Shown: positions 27,196 to 37,309, counted from the stretch's first letter. The stretch is 64,000 nucleotides of DNA from an uncultured Candidatus Saccharibacteria bacterium (GCA_964525295.1 CAZGEO010000002.1:65230-129229); one strand, 5' to 3'. Notes: generated from the sequence alone by a model not told the origin. Numbers and translations are program-made.

Positions 27196-27897
27196 TTCAA
27201 GCATATAGCCATACCCATAAATGCTACGAATTGTATAAGGTAATTTTGCCTCGGCAATCTTTTTGCGAAGTCGCTTAATAGTGCAAACTACGGTATTGTT
27301 TTTAATCGAAAAAGTACGCCAACCAGCAAAGGCAAGTTCACTCAACGCAAGAATTCCTGAGTGTAACCCAAAATAGTCGAGAAGGCGCTTTTCAATTTGA
27401 TTTAAATGAATTGCGCGAGTACCTTTCATGAGAAAAGGATGCCCCGCATTATCGTATAAATAGTCAAATGTTTTGTTCGCGCAATAGACAGCACCTGGTT
27501 CACGTAATTGGTTTGCTAGTGCAGGAACTTTTTTAACAGAATTTTCAATTGTTTTAATGATTACTTCTGTTGCTGCGGGAAGTTCGATGCATTGCGAAAA
27601 GCCAATATCAAGAAGTTCGACCTTTAATTTGTAATCTTTAGAAATACAAAATGCTATGCCGATGCTACTTTCTTGCAGTAATTGTCTTATTTGCTCTTTT
27701 TGCGTGTACGATAAATTATTTTTGATTTCGTGAGCCTCAGCAAGAATAAAAGATGGCGGTTTTGTAGTCAATGAACTGAGTGAGTGACAGTTAGTAACCG
27801 GCATGCCCCGCAGCTTCAGCTGCGGGGCTACAATATCTGTTATGAAGGGCGTTGCCTTGTAGGCAACGCCCGAATACTGTACTGAATAGTTTTGCAT
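27145..27897 (-). CDS. OmpR/PhoB-type winged-helix DNA-binding protein with an atypical N-terminal domain
   Basis: C-terminal RAIHLNQIEKRLLDYF...TIKRLRKKI...IRSIYGYGYML matches trans_reg_C. No clear receiver Asp. An alternative start lies at the Met at 27804. Confidence 0.5.
   Translation of the reverse strand: MQNYSVQYSGVAYKATPFITDIVAPQLKLRGMPVTNCHSLSSLTTKPPSFILAEAHEIKNNLSYTQKEQIRQLLQESSIGIAFCISKDYKLKVELLDIGFSQCIELPAATEVIIKTIENSVKKVPALANQLREPGAVYCANKTFDYLYDNAGHPFLMKGTRAIHLNQIEKRLLDYFGLHSGILALSELAFAGWRTFSIKNNTVVCTIKRLRKKIAEAKLPYTIRSIYGYGYMLESLLSDFRGDNEIHRLT
27805..27871. repeat. Two tandem perfect GC-rich palindromes at 27805-27828 and 27847-27871, each with a 10-bp stem
   Basis: The sequences are GCCCCGCAGC-ttca-GCTGCGGGGC and GGGCGTTGCC-ttgta-GGCAACGCCC. 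Neither strand has a U-tract after them. Confidence 0.4.
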
Positions 27898-28032
27898 ACA
27901 ATAAGTGTAGCGATGAAATCTTTCAGAATTTTTGCAAAACTTAGAAGTGCCGAATAAAAGAATATTTACGAAATGTTCTTATCATTACTACGGAAATAAA
28001 GATCAAGAATAAATTCAATTTTGATCAACACC

Positions 28033-28869
28033 CTACGTCAAATTGAAGAATCTCATCGCATTGGCAGAGGTGATCTCTAAAACAGCTTCGAGTGTGCAAC
28101 CTTTTAGTGAAGCAACTCGTTTTGCAATGCTGGCAATGGCAATAGGTTCGTTTATCTTTTTATCTCGCAATGTTGAACGATCCATATTGCTAGGAATTAA
28201 AAAGGGAGAATCTGTTTCAAGAAGAATGTTGGTTAATGGCACATTTTTAACAACATCCGCTAAGATTTTTGCTCCAGAATAAGTGATAATTCCGTTAATA
28301 CCGATCATATTGCCTTTGGCAACTATTTTTTGTGCTAGCTCATTATCGCCGGCAAAACTGTGGTAGTAGGTTGGTTGTGTTGGTGCAAGTTCATCTAACA
28401 ATTCTATAATTTTGTCGTAGAGGGAATAATCTTCAACATTCTTTCCTCGGGCATGAATTACCAATGGAAGGTTGCGTTTTTTAGCTTCATTTACGTGGAG
28501 AATGAAAAGTGCTATTTGCGTGCTAATGATTTCGTTATTATCAGAAGAATCTTCAAGATATGAATAGTCAAGCCCAGTTTCGCCGATGCCAACAACATTG
28601 TTTGGCAGTTCTTCAGCAGAAAACAATTCTTTTACAGCATCTAACGGAGAGGTAAGTTGCTCGCTAGTGCATTCCTCTGGATGGATACCAATTGTGGTAT
28701 GCACAATATGTGGGTATTTCTCTGCTATTGTGCATGCTATCTCGAAATCTTTAAGAGTTGTTGTAACGTCAATAATTTTTCTGCCACCCGCATGCAGAAA
28801 TTTTTCTATTACAAATGAAACTGAATCAACAGTATAACTCGCATTCAAGTGACAATGTGAATCAATCAT
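28033..28869 (-). CDS. tatD: TatD-family metal-dependent hydrolase/DNase
   Basis: The N-terminal MIDSHCHLN motif and the conserved His/Glu/Asp pattern of the TIM-barrel TatD family. Confidence 0.85.
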   Translation of the reverse strand: MIDSHCHLNASYTVDSVSFVIEKFLHAGGRKIIDVTTTLKDFEIACTIAEKYPHIVHTTIGIHPEECTSEQLTSPLDAVKELFSAEELPNNVVGIGETGLDYSYLEDSSDNNEIISTQIALFILHVNEAKKRNLPLVIHARGKNVEDYSLYDKIIELLDELAPTQPTYYHSFAGDNELAQKIVAKGNMIGINGIITYSGAKILADVVKNVPLTNILLETDSPFLIPSNMDRSTLRDKKINEPIAIASIAKRVASLKGCTLEAVLEITSANAMRFFNLT

Positions 28870-28875
28870 GCGAGA

Positions 28876-30258
28876 TTATAATAGAAAGAATGCTAATAGA
28901 GTAGCGCCAATAAGCGAAATAGCTGCAAGGGCACCTGCTGTTAGGTAAGTGAATTTTCGGTCACCGTAAATTGCAACAACGCCAATTTTGAAAAGTAGAT
29001 TGGTAATTACCGCGCCAAAGAGTACCGCCGCACCGAATGATAATGGAATGGTGCTGGTAACAGCTTGACCGATAACGATGGTAATTGCATCAAGCCCAGA
29101 AGCGGAAGCGAGTAAAACTGTTGCAACAAATCCACTACTGCCGATGAGTGTTTGGGCAATCGAAGTTGCAAGAGAAACAAAGAAGAAGAGTAGTGCAAAA
29201 GCAAGTGCAGGTTTTAGCGCTAATGGAGAAGAAAATACGGTAGGATTATGTTCGTTGAATCGAGTATTTCGTTGCCAGAAAAAGGCTATTGCAAGGGTAA
29301 TAACGGTAAGTAGAAAGAGTGCACCAAACACCTCTAAGAATAATGCGGGATTTATGGCTAGCGCGATTAATGGTATACGAATAAAACTAGTCGAATTTGC
29401 AATGAGTGTCGCAGCAGCAAGAAGTTTCATTGTAGCTGAAGATTTTACTGCTTTACTGCGTTCTGCCATCAATTGTGTAACAGAAGTACTTGAAACGATT
29501 CCGCCAAGAAATGCCGTTAAAAGAACGCTTGAGGAAGACTGTAATAATTTTGCAAGAAAGTACCCAACAAAATTTAGGGCACTAATAAATACGACGACTA
29601 GCCATAGTTGAAATGGGTTGATAAAAGTTGTCGCAGAAATCGCACCAAAATCTATGTTCAGAAAGTTGCCTAACTGCGCAAAGGTGTATGCTTTATTTGG
29701 AAGCCATGGTAAGACGACAGCGGAAATAGCAAGAAATTCAATAGATTCTACAATTTCTTTTTTGGTAAAAGTACCAATGATTTTTTGAAATTCTACCTTT
29801 AGTGACGAAATCAAAGAAACAATAATTGAAATTCCAACTACGATGCGAGTATCTAAAATACCTGAGCCCAGCGCGAAGGTGAGAGAAAGTAGAATAAGCA
29901 TACCTAATTCTGAGGTCAACCCAAGGGTATGGCGATCAAAGTAGTTCAAAAAATAGGCGATACAAATATATGCAATGACTCCTACAATTCCGGCGATTAC
30001 GAGCCCAAGTGTACGTTGATCAAGCGCATACATCGTACCGAGGATAAATCCAAAAATTGATAGCATTGTGTAGGTGCGTACACCACCAAGCCCAATTGCA
30101 AATTTACCAGGTCGTAAAAAGGTAAAGCGAGATGCTCTTGCACTTGTTTCTTTTTGACGCCACCCATCATCTCGATCAATACCAATAACGAAACCTAAGA
30201 AAAGGGCGATTAAAAGGCGAAAAAGAATAGTCTGTGGTTCTAGTATATAATTACTCAT
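28876..30258 (-). CDS. MgtC/SapB-family membrane protein with a DUF4010-like C-terminal region
   Basis: N-terminal LLIALFLGFVIGIDRD...GLGGVRTYTMLSIFGF resembles the MgtC domain. The rest is polytopic. Confidence 0.55.
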   Translation of the reverse strand: MSNYILEPQTILFRLLIALFLGFVIGIDRDDGWRQKETSARASRFTFLRPGKFAIGLGGVRTYTMLSIFGFILGTMYALDQRTLGLVIAGIVGVIAYICIAYFLNYFDRHTLGLTSELGMLILLSLTFALGSGILDTRIVVGISIIVSLISSLKVEFQKIIGTFTKKEIVESIEFLAISAVVLPWLPNKAYTFAQLGNFLNIDFGAISATTFINPFQLWLVVVFISALNFVGYFLAKLLQSSSSVLLTAFLGGIVSSTSVTQLMAERSKAVKSSATMKLLAAATLIANSTSFIRIPLIALAINPALFLEVFGALFLLTVITLAIAFFWQRNTRFNEHNPTVFSSPLALKPALAFALLFFFVSLATSIAQTLIGSSGFVATVLLASASGLDAITIVIGQAVTSTIPLSFGAAVLFGAVITNLLFKIGVVAIYGDRKFTYLTAGALAAISLIGATLLAFFLL

Positions 30259-30278
30259 TCTATTAACAATATACTAAC

Positions 30279-32372
30279 ATGATACTTCGTTACTTTCTAG
30301 CAGCAGAAGCATTTGTCGTACTAGGATATATTATTGGGAATTCGCTCTTTCCAAAACGATTCTCTCTCGTATTTTACAAGTTTTTCGGTATTACCATGTT
30401 TGGTTTATTGCTGTGGTATCTATCATTGAGCACCGGTAGTGAATGGAAGTCTCTTTTCCCCGCAGCAATCGGAATTTCTGCTTTATTAGCAATTGCTTTA
30501 GCAGCAATTCGCCAAAAAAAGATAGCGCTACCAGATAAACAGGAGTTGAAGAATTTTATAGCACTAGAAGTGATTTCGTTGGGAATTTATCTTGCCCTTG
30601 TTTATCTCCGAACATTTAAGCCAGATATTTTGGGAACTGAGAAATTGATGGATGTAGCGTTAATAAATTCGATTTTACATGGCGGGAGAATTCCAATTGA
30701 AAATCCGTGGCTTTCTGGTTTCTTGATGAATTACTATTATTTTGGGCATTTTATTCTGGCTTTACTTCAATATATTGCAAATATCCCTTCTGCAATTGGC
30801 TATAACTTAGCGATTTCATTGTTTGGCGTGTGGATTGTGCAGGCAGCATATCTCGTTGCACGCGGATTAACGTTAAAACCTGCCCAATCGTTGGTTACGG
30901 CAATTCTTCTGGCATTTGGTGGAAACTTTTACATGTTAATAACTGGCCTTTTCAAAGAAGCTGGTTCACAATGGTTCGCAAGTGCAACCCGCGTTATTCC
31001 TTATACGATTAACGAATTTCCAGCGTATTCTATTGTTCTTGGTGATCTTCACGGCCATTATCTGTCGTTTCCATTCTTTTTGGTGGCGATTTTTCTCCTT
31101 GTTGACATCTTTTTTGGCGAAAAATCGCCAGAACCAACAGACACCGTCATTAAGTCATCATTTCTTGGAATTCTTTTAGGACATCTATATTTAACGAACT
31201 CTTGGGATGTTCTAACGTTAGCGTTGCTCGGTGGCATTTTTACCGGGTGGTTCGCCTATCGCGAATATAGAGAGAATTCTTTTAAAAACTGGCGCACTTT
31301 TGCCGAATTTATCTTCTATATCGGTGCTCCTGTTATTGTTTTTGCGGTCCCTCAGTTCATAATTTCTCGATATTATTATCTTCCTCCAGTTGGTGGCATA
31401 GGAATTAACACCTTGTTTAGCCCAATTCTGGATATTTTCAAGCTCTTTGGGCAATATCTACTCTTGGCCTTGATTTCGTTTGCTGGCCTTTTTACCGTGT
31501 ATAAAACAAAGGGAATGAATCAATTGAAAGATAGTAAACAGTCAATAATCCTCGCACTTTTGCTCGCTGGTACAGGTTTTCTTCTTATGATCTTGGTCGA
31601 ATTTTTCTATGCAAAAGATATTTTTACAGTACTTAATCCTCCATATGCGAGAACGAATACTGTATTTAAAATTTATTTCCATGTCTGGGCATTTTTCGCT
31701 TTTGGTACGATGCTCGGGTTTTATACTATGATGAAAGAAATTTCCTCGATTATTTCGAAGAAACCATGGCTGTACATGTTGCATTTTGCCTCAATTTCAA
31801 TTTTCGCAATTATGATTTCTTACACATATATTGCAGTAGAGCAGTATCTTGTACCGAAGGCAGGTAAAGAAACGATTCAACGGGTTTTTGATGAAAAATA
31901 TAGTAATGGTCTGGGCTATATCAGATTGCAGCATCCTGCGGATTATGAGTTAATTGAATATTTACAGACGATTCCGCATAGCACAATTCTAGAAATTGCT
32001 ACTTATGATTCATACTCCTATAATGCAAGACTTTCAGCATATACGGGGCATTCTGCGGTTTCTGGTTGGCCACTTCACAATGTTCAGTGGTATAACGGGT
32101 ATGACGGTAGTGGCGTGCAAATAAAAAATCGCAAAATAGCAAAGATTGAAATAGCTCAAAGAATCACTGATATCGAGGCACTTTATACTGAGAAATCGGT
32201 TGTAAAAGTTCAAACTCTTCTTGAAAAATATGCAATTGATTATGTCATTTTTGGAGCACAAGAAAAAACCTGGGCGACAACAAAGGGCGCAGAATTGAAT
32301 GAAAATATTTATGAACAGCTGTGCGATCGCCAGTGGGAGAAAAATGATGCAATCGTCTTCAAATGTAGATAA
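30279..32372 (+). CDS. Large polytopic membrane protein, possibly a GT-C-type (DUF2298 / oligosaccharyltransferase-like) glycosyltransferase
   Basis: More than ten TM helices are followed by a roughly 200-aa soluble C-terminal domain. The glycosyltransferase assignment is inference only. Confidence 0.45.
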   Translation: MILRYFLAAEAFVVLGYIIGNSLFPKRFSLVFYKFFGITMFGLLLWYLSLSTGSEWKSLFPAAIGISALLAIALAAIRQKKIALPDKQELKNFIALEVISLGIYLALVYLRTFKPDILGTEKLMDVALINSILHGGRIPIENPWLSGFLMNYYYFGHFILALLQYIANIPSAIGYNLAISLFGVWIVQAAYLVARGLTLKPAQSLVTAILLAFGGNFYMLITGLFKEAGSQWFASATRVIPYTINEFPAYSIVLGDLHGHYLSFPFFLVAIFLLVDIFFGEKSPEPTDTVIKSSFLGILLGHLYLTNSWDVLTLALLGGIFTGWFAYREYRENSFKNWRTFAEFIFYIGAPVIVFAVPQFIISRYYYLPPVGGIGINTLFSPILDIFKLFGQYLLLALISFAGLFTVYKTKGMNQLKDSKQSIILALLLAGTGFLLMILVEFFYAKDIFTVLNPPYARTNTVFKIYFHVWAFFAFGTMLGFYTMMKEISSIISKKPWLYMLHFASISIFAIMISYTYIAVEQYLVPKAGKETIQRVFDEKYSNGLGYIRLQHPADYELIEYLQTIPHSTILEIATYDSYSYNARLSAYTGHSAVSGWPLHNVQWYNGYDGSGVQIKNRKIAKIEIAQRITDIEALYTEKSVVKVQTLLEKYAIDYVIFGAQEKTWATTKGAELNENIYEQLCDRQWEKNDAIVFKCR

Positions 32373-32946
32373 ACCTTCTCTTCGATTTGCGCAGGGAATT
32401 ATGGTAGGTGTAAATCTTGTGATTCTTTTGCCACCAATTTTGATGCAGCAGGGTTTCGATAAAGTCGCTAATTTCCTGTATCAAATGCTAGCCTTATTAT
32501 GTCATCAACGGGCAGATCGCAGTTTTTATTTATTTGGGGAAGCATTACTGTATCCAAAAGAGAAAGTTTGGAATTTAGTATCCTTCGACAATATTTTTTC
32601 ACTAAAATCAGCAAATCGATTTACTTGTAGTGACTCATTGGGCTGTAAATTCGGCGTTTGCGCTCGTTGTACAGGAACGTATCTTGGATTATTGCTTGGT
32701 TTGATAGTTGCCGAATTTACGATGCAACTGAGAATTCCGAAAATCATTCCTTTATTAATGCTTTTGCCTATGGCGCTTGATGGCGGAATTCAAACTATTG
32801 CGTATATTATTGCCCCTGAGCAGGGTTTTTATGAAAGTACAAATCCTCGCAGATTCGTAACAGGCCTGCTTTTCGGTCTTGGTGCAGGGTACTTACTTGC
32901 AGAGGCAATTTTGTTTCCGAAACAAAATCAGCAATCAGCTACCTGA
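32344..32946 (+). CDS. DUF2085-like small membrane protein
   Basis: CHQRADRSF and CARCTGTY cysteine motifs plus TM helices. An alternative start at 32401 would avoid overlap with the upstream gene. Confidence 0.5.
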   Translation: MMQSSSNVDKPSLRFAQGIMVGVNLVILLPPILMQQGFDKVANFLYQMLALLCHQRADRSFYLFGEALLYPKEKVWNLVSFDNIFSLKSANRFTCSDSLGCKFGVCARCTGTYLGLLLGLIVAEFTMQLRIPKIIPLLMLLPMALDGGIQTIAYIIAPEQGFYESTNPRRFVTGLLFGLGAGYLLAEAILFPKQNQQSAT

Positions 32947-32961
32947 TTGCTAAATTAGCAA
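32947..32961. promoter_or_regulatory. Palindrome TTGCTAA-a-TTAGCAA upstream of hrcA, a CIRCE-like half-site arrangement
   Basis: Perfect 7-bp arms. TTAGCAACTC resembles the CIRCE left arm TTAGCACTC. It lies about 14 nt upstream of the hrcA ATG. Confidence 0.3.
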
Positions 32962-32974
32962 CTCCATAATACAA

Positions 32975-33730
32975 TTGCTTATGACAGAGCGACAACGACA
33001 AATACTTAAAGCCCTAGTCGAATTATTCATTGAAAGTGGTCAAGATATCAGTTCTTTTGAACTGTTAAGACAGCATGATTTACCGGTAAGTTCGGCTACG
33101 CTTCGAAATGAATTTTTGGAACTAAGTAATACTGGGTATTTAACGAAGAGCCATTTCGCTTCAGGAAGAATTCCAACAATAAAAGGGTTGTATTTTTATG
33201 TAAACAACCTAATGGAAGAGCAAAGCATCGATTTTGTTGATATTGTCAAAGAGGGGCAATCACTTTACAGCTCACGTTTTGAAGTGCAATCACTTTTACG
33301 CGATGCAATGAAAACTCTCCATAAATGGACAGGAGAGCCAGTTTTCATTTTGTACAACGATATTATTCAATTTTATAGAATTTCACGACTTTTGAAGGAA
33401 TACGAACACTTTCCAAAGAAAATTCAAGGTGATTATCTTTCTGGATTAATGAAGTTTTGGGATATTTTAGAAGATCCTGAGTTGATAGGATCATTTTTTA
33501 AGAAAAAAGTTGAGTATCATAAAGAAGGAATAGGCATTTTCTCAGGAGCTGAGCTAGGGTGGAAAGATTTAGAAAATTTTGTTGCAGTATTTACCCCATT
33601 TAAGCTTTTTGATGGTGAGCAAGTGGGGTACGTTGGCACTATTGGTTATGTAAACATGCACTATCGCACCATTGTTCCATCACTTAAAGCGATGTCAAAT
33701 ATTTTGAATAACATCCTAAGAGGCTGGTAA
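32975..33730 (+). CDS. hrcA: Heat-inducible transcription repressor HrcA, a short form
   Basis: N-terminal ERQRQILKALVELFIESGQDISSFEL...PVSSATLRNEF matches the HrcA winged-helix domain. At 251 aa it is shorter than typical HrcA proteins. Confidence 0.65.
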   Translation: MLMTERQRQILKALVELFIESGQDISSFELLRQHDLPVSSATLRNEFLELSNTGYLTKSHFASGRIPTIKGLYFYVNNLMEEQSIDFVDIVKEGQSLYSSRFEVQSLLRDAMKTLHKWTGEPVFILYNDIIQFYRISRLLKEYEHFPKKIQGDYLSGLMKFWDILEDPELIGSFFKKKVEYHKEGIGIFSGAELGWKDLENFVAVFTPFKLFDGEQVGYVGTIGYVNMHYRTIVPSLKAMSNILNNILRGW

Positions 33731-33731
33731 A

Positions 33732-34559
33732 ATGGCGCTTTCTGATTGGTTGCAACAGCAAACCCTCGTTCCTGGGCTAATTTCGGTATATAAACCTTAC
33801 GGCATTTCGAGTACAGTTTTAACTGAACTATATAAGCGTTCAACTCGTGAAAAAGTTGGGCATGGCGGAACACTTGATCCATTGGCCGAAGGTCAAATGC
33901 TTCTGGGTATAGGCAAAGGTACGAAACTGCTAGAAAATTACCTTTCTGCAACCAAAAGTTATACTGCAACAATTTTACTTGGCGCAACAACCCCGTCACT
34001 TGATCTTGAATTAGAGTTTTCTTCGATTGACGGCGCAAGTGTAAGTGAAAATAATCTTCTATCGGTTATCAATGAATTAGAAAGGCCTTTTGAACAAGTG
34101 GTTCCCTCATTTAGTGCAGTAAAAATCGGCGGGAAGACATCTTACGAGCTTGCTCGTAAAGGCCAAGAGGTGAGTGAGAAGCGAATTGTGACGCAATTAA
34201 TCGCACCTCAGCTTTTATCGGTGCAACAGGTTACGTCGTTACAATTCGCAGCTTATCTACTTTCCAGATTACAGAAAATGAATGATAATCTTACTGCGTT
34301 AAAAGAAATTGCAGCCGAGATTTCTTTCTATACTCACAAAAGTGAAGGATTAATTGAAAAATGGCAGGGTAATTTTCGTGCTAATAGTGAATCTCTGGCG
34401 AATTCTGAACAAACATTCACGTTGTTTGAAATCACTACGACTGTGCCAAAAGGCACGTATATTCGTTCGTTAGCCTCTGATATTGCGACTCGTCTTGGAA
34501 CAATTGCTGTTCTAACCAAATTGGTTAGAAATAATGCAGGAAGTAACGGAGCAAAATAA
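33732..34559 (+). CDS. truB: tRNA pseudouridine(55) synthase TruB
   Basis: GHGGTLDPLAEGQML catalytic motif with the catalytic Asp, and the TKL...KSY motifs. Confidence 0.85.
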   Translation: MALSDWLQQQTLVPGLISVYKPYGISSTVLTELYKRSTREKVGHGGTLDPLAEGQMLLGIGKGTKLLENYLSATKSYTATILLGATTPSLDLELEFSSIDGASVSENNLLSVINELERPFEQVVPSFSAVKIGGKTSYELARKGQEVSEKRIVTQLIAPQLLSVQQVTSLQFAAYLLSRLQKMNDNLTALKEIAAEISFYTHKSEGLIEKWQGNFRANSESLANSEQTFTLFEITTTVPKGTYIRSLASDIATRLGTIAVLTKLVRNNAGSNGAK

Positions 34560-34579
34560 GTAGTAAATTTATTTCTTAA

Positions 34580-34608
34580 TTGACAGTACCTCGCACATTT
34601 AGTAAAAT
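34580..34608 (+). promoter_or_regulatory. Promoter TTGACA-17nt-TAAAAT ending 6 nt before the rplU ATG, indicating a leaderless transcript
   Basis: Exact -35 at 34580-34585 and a near-consensus -10 at 34603-34608. Confidence 0.5.
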
Positions 34609-34614
34609 CCCACC

Positions 34615-34935
34615 ATGACTGACTTCGCAATTATTAAAAAAGGTTTACACCAATACGAACTTAAGAAGGGTGAATATTTAGATATGCCTCATATCGATGG
34701 CGCCGTTGATTCTAAGGTCGAATTTTCAGAAGTATTACTCGCAAAAGTAGGTGACAAGACTGAAATCGGACAGCCAGTTGTCGAAAAGGCAAAGGTCGTT
34801 GGAACAATCTTGAAGCAGTTCAAAGGCGAGAAATTCGAAGCTGGAAAATTCAAAGCAAAATCACGATACCGCAAACAATGGGGTTATCGAGAAGAATTGA
34901 CCCGCGTTCGTGTCGACGAAATCGTATTGAAATAG
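34615..34935 (+). CDS. rplU: 50S ribosomal protein L21 (bL21)
   Basis: FAIIKKGLHQYELKKGEYL and the C-terminal GYREELTRVRVDEI region are typical of bL21. Confidence 0.85.
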   Translation: MTDFAIIKKGLHQYELKKGEYLDMPHIDGAVDSKVEFSEVLLAKVGDKTEIGQPVVEKAKVVGTILKQFKGEKFEAGKFKAKSRYRKQWGYREELTRVRVDEIVLK

Positions 34936-35034
34936 GTTTTCAATTTTACAGGTTGGCTCGATAATAGTGTTTGTTTTTTTGCACAATTTCGGAGCGAGAA
35001 TAGCACGTCTGTGAGGCCGTAAGTCCAGGGATAT

Positions 35035-36045
35035 CTATCTCTTTCTGAGTTTGTAAACGCGAGCTTTTTTACCAGAAACGAGAATATCGAAAATCTGTTC
35101 AGATTCAAAAATTTGCTTGAAATCTTTAGTTAGAAATTCATTCATCAGGTCTTTCTGTGCAGTTAGCAATATCAGCACGCCATTAGTGGCCAATACGCGA
35201 GAAGCTTCTTGTAGAAAATCAAAATAAAGTCTGCCAATTCCTTCCATCTTTTCGTAAATTCCCCAGGGCGGATCAGTAACGATTTTTGTGATACTTTCGT
35301 TTCCTATTTGTTCTAGCTTTTTCGCGTTACCTTCTATTACATCAAAATCACGAGGCTTTTTGGAAGTAGAAATCTTATAAGTAATTTTTGAAATGTCGGT
35401 ATCAAGAGCAATGATTCTTTTGTAATCAAATGATCGCGCTCGCTTTAGGGGGATTGCACCAGTGCCGCAGAAAGGGTCCAAGAATACATCGCTTTTATTT
35501 GGTTCCGAGAGTGCGCATAACAGATAGCATAATTCTGGCGATAATTCACCTTTTTCTAATTCCTGTTTCTCTCCTGGTTTTGATAACTGAAGCCCGGCGT
35601 AGCAGGCACCATCATCTCGACGAAGTAGTTGTAGTTCTGTATCGGCCGCGTTTCTGTTGATCGTAACATTTCTCAGGCGTAGTAAGCGGGCTTCAATTTT
35701 TTCGACAATGAATCGATTAACGCTAACTGAAATATTCTTGTCTGAAATTCGCAACCGAAGGATCGTCCTTTTTCCTTTGAGGATCGCTTGCACTTTCGCG
35801 TCTAACGATGAATCTGCAGAAACTACTGTAAGAAATTCCTCTAATTTTTGATTCGGTCGATAGTGAAGTTGCACATAAGAATTATTCAAAAAGGGCAAGG
35901 TGGTGATTCGTTCGACCGGCAGTTTACTGTCATAAACGATAAATCCTTCTGCAAGCTTGAGAATAGTTACCTTAGGGTCCTCTTTTTTGATAAGTTCTGC
36001 TGCTAACTCTTGTAGCCCAGTAATAAGTGTTGAAAAATATACCAT
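35035..36045 (-). CDS. THUMP-domain RNA methyltransferase (an N2-guanine or N6-adenine class enzyme of the Trm14/RlmL type)
   Basis: DPFCGTGAI motif I and the DPPWG catalytic motif. The N-terminal region is THUMP-like. Confidence 0.7.
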   Translation of the reverse strand: MVYFSTLITGLQELAAELIKKEDPKVTILKLAEGFIVYDSKLPVERITTLPFLNNSYVQLHYRPNQKLEEFLTVVSADSSLDAKVQAILKGKRTILRLRISDKNISVSVNRFIVEKIEARLLRLRNVTINRNAADTELQLLRRDDGACYAGLQLSKPGEKQELEKGELSPELCYLLCALSEPNKSDVFLDPFCGTGAIPLKRARSFDYKRIIALDTDISKITYKISTSKKPRDFDVIEGNAKKLEQIGNESITKIVTDPPWGIYEKMEGIGRLYFDFLQEASRVLATNGVLILLTAQKDLMNEFLTKDFKQIFESEQIFDILVSGKKARVYKLRKR

Positions 36046-36140
36046 TGAGTAGAGTATAGCTGAAACTCAATGAAGATGCGATGTTAAAGTGATTTTTTTG
36101 TTGCTGAGATTAAATAACTAAAATCTAGTATAATACACTT

Positions 36141-37286
36141 ATGATTGCTTTTTTCCTTGGTGCTCACCCAGAGGTTTCAGTCGCAGAGTTGCGTCTTCTC
36201 ATCGGTGCAAAAGAACTTATGTGGAACCGCTCAGCGGCATTTTTTGATATCGATGCTGAAAGTGCACTCTCGATATTCAAAAAATTAGGTGGTTCGCCAA
36301 AAGTTGGTGAAGTAATCTCAACCTTCGAAAATACGGCAGATTTTAATCAAAGATTCCTTCCTGAAATGAAGAGTTTGATGGAATCTGTTGAAAGAAAAGA
36401 GTATGTACTATCGCTTTATGGCGTTAGGCTTGGGAAAAGGGATTTTCACCGAGAGTTGAAGGACCTTGTTACAGAAGGCGTTGTGAAGTACGATGGTCGC
36501 TTCGAAGAGATGATTCATCCTCCGGCTGCCTGTGAACATGTTATGAAGCGCGGCGGAATGGATCTTTCTTTGGTACCAGCCGGTTCAAAATCCTATTTGG
36601 TTAAAACTTTGCTTGTTCAAGACGCCAAGGAATGGTCCCGCTTAGATACTGAAAGGCCTGGGCGTAATATGGAAATCGGAATGCTTCCGATGAAATTGGC
36701 GAGAATCATGGTAAATCTCTCAAATATTCAGCCAGATGGTCGCTTATGGGACCCATTCGTTGGTCAGGGATCAATCGTTATTGAAACAGCAATGCGTGGC
36801 ATTCCAGCACTCGGAACCGACAAATCTCGACAAAGTATTGAGCAGGCAAAAGCAACAAATGCTTGGGCAATTAATAACAAAAAGATTAAGCATGGTTTGG
36901 TCGTACTTCGAGAGCAGCCTATTGAAAAGGCCGATCTTTCAGAACCAGCCTCGGCAATTGTGACAGAACCTTATTTGGGAAAACCACATTTCAAGCCGTT
37001 CTCAGGTGAATTCCTTGCAAAAAGAGAATGGACCGATATTTCTCGTTTATATGAATTGTTGTTGAAACTTGCTGCCCGTGTTCTTCGCCGTGGGCAGAGA
37101 ATCGTATTTGTAAAGCCAATTTTCGCCTATATTGCGGGGCGAGAACGCAAGTGGTATAATCCAAAGATTGAACTACCGAGAGATTCATGGAAAGTACCTG
37201 AAATCATCAGAGATTTGGGGCCTCTCGTTTGGGTTCAGAAAGATACCGTAGTCGGTAGAGAAATAGTCATCCTCGAGAGAAGATGA
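36141..37286 (+). CDS. Putative SAM-dependent methyltransferase, possibly Trm11/N2-G-like
   Basis: DPFVGQGSIVIE motif I-like and an EPYLG (DPPY-variant) motif. The assignment is tentative. Confidence 0.4.
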   Translation: MIAFFLGAHPEVSVAELRLLIGAKELMWNRSAAFFDIDAESALSIFKKLGGSPKVGEVISTFENTADFNQRFLPEMKSLMESVERKEYVLSLYGVRLGKRDFHRELKDLVTEGVVKYDGRFEEMIHPPAACEHVMKRGGMDLSLVPAGSKSYLVKTLLVQDAKEWSRLDTERPGRNMEIGMLPMKLARIMVNLSNIQPDGRLWDPFVGQGSIVIETAMRGIPALGTDKSRQSIEQAKATNAWAINNKKIKHGLVVLREQPIEKADLSEPASAIVTEPYLGKPHFKPFSGEFLAKREWTDISRLYELLLKLAARVLRRGQRIVFVKPIFAYIAGRERKWYNPKIELPRDSWKVPEIIRDLGPLVWVQKDTVVGREIVILERR

Positions 37287-37309
37287 TAGTTAAACTGTAA
37301 AAAAGAAGC

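Noticed and set aside
27805-27871. Intrinsic terminators for tatD or the convergent gene
   Set aside because: Neither strand has a U-tract after either hairpin, and they lie 160-230 nt from the nearest stop codon. They are annotated only as palindromic repeats.
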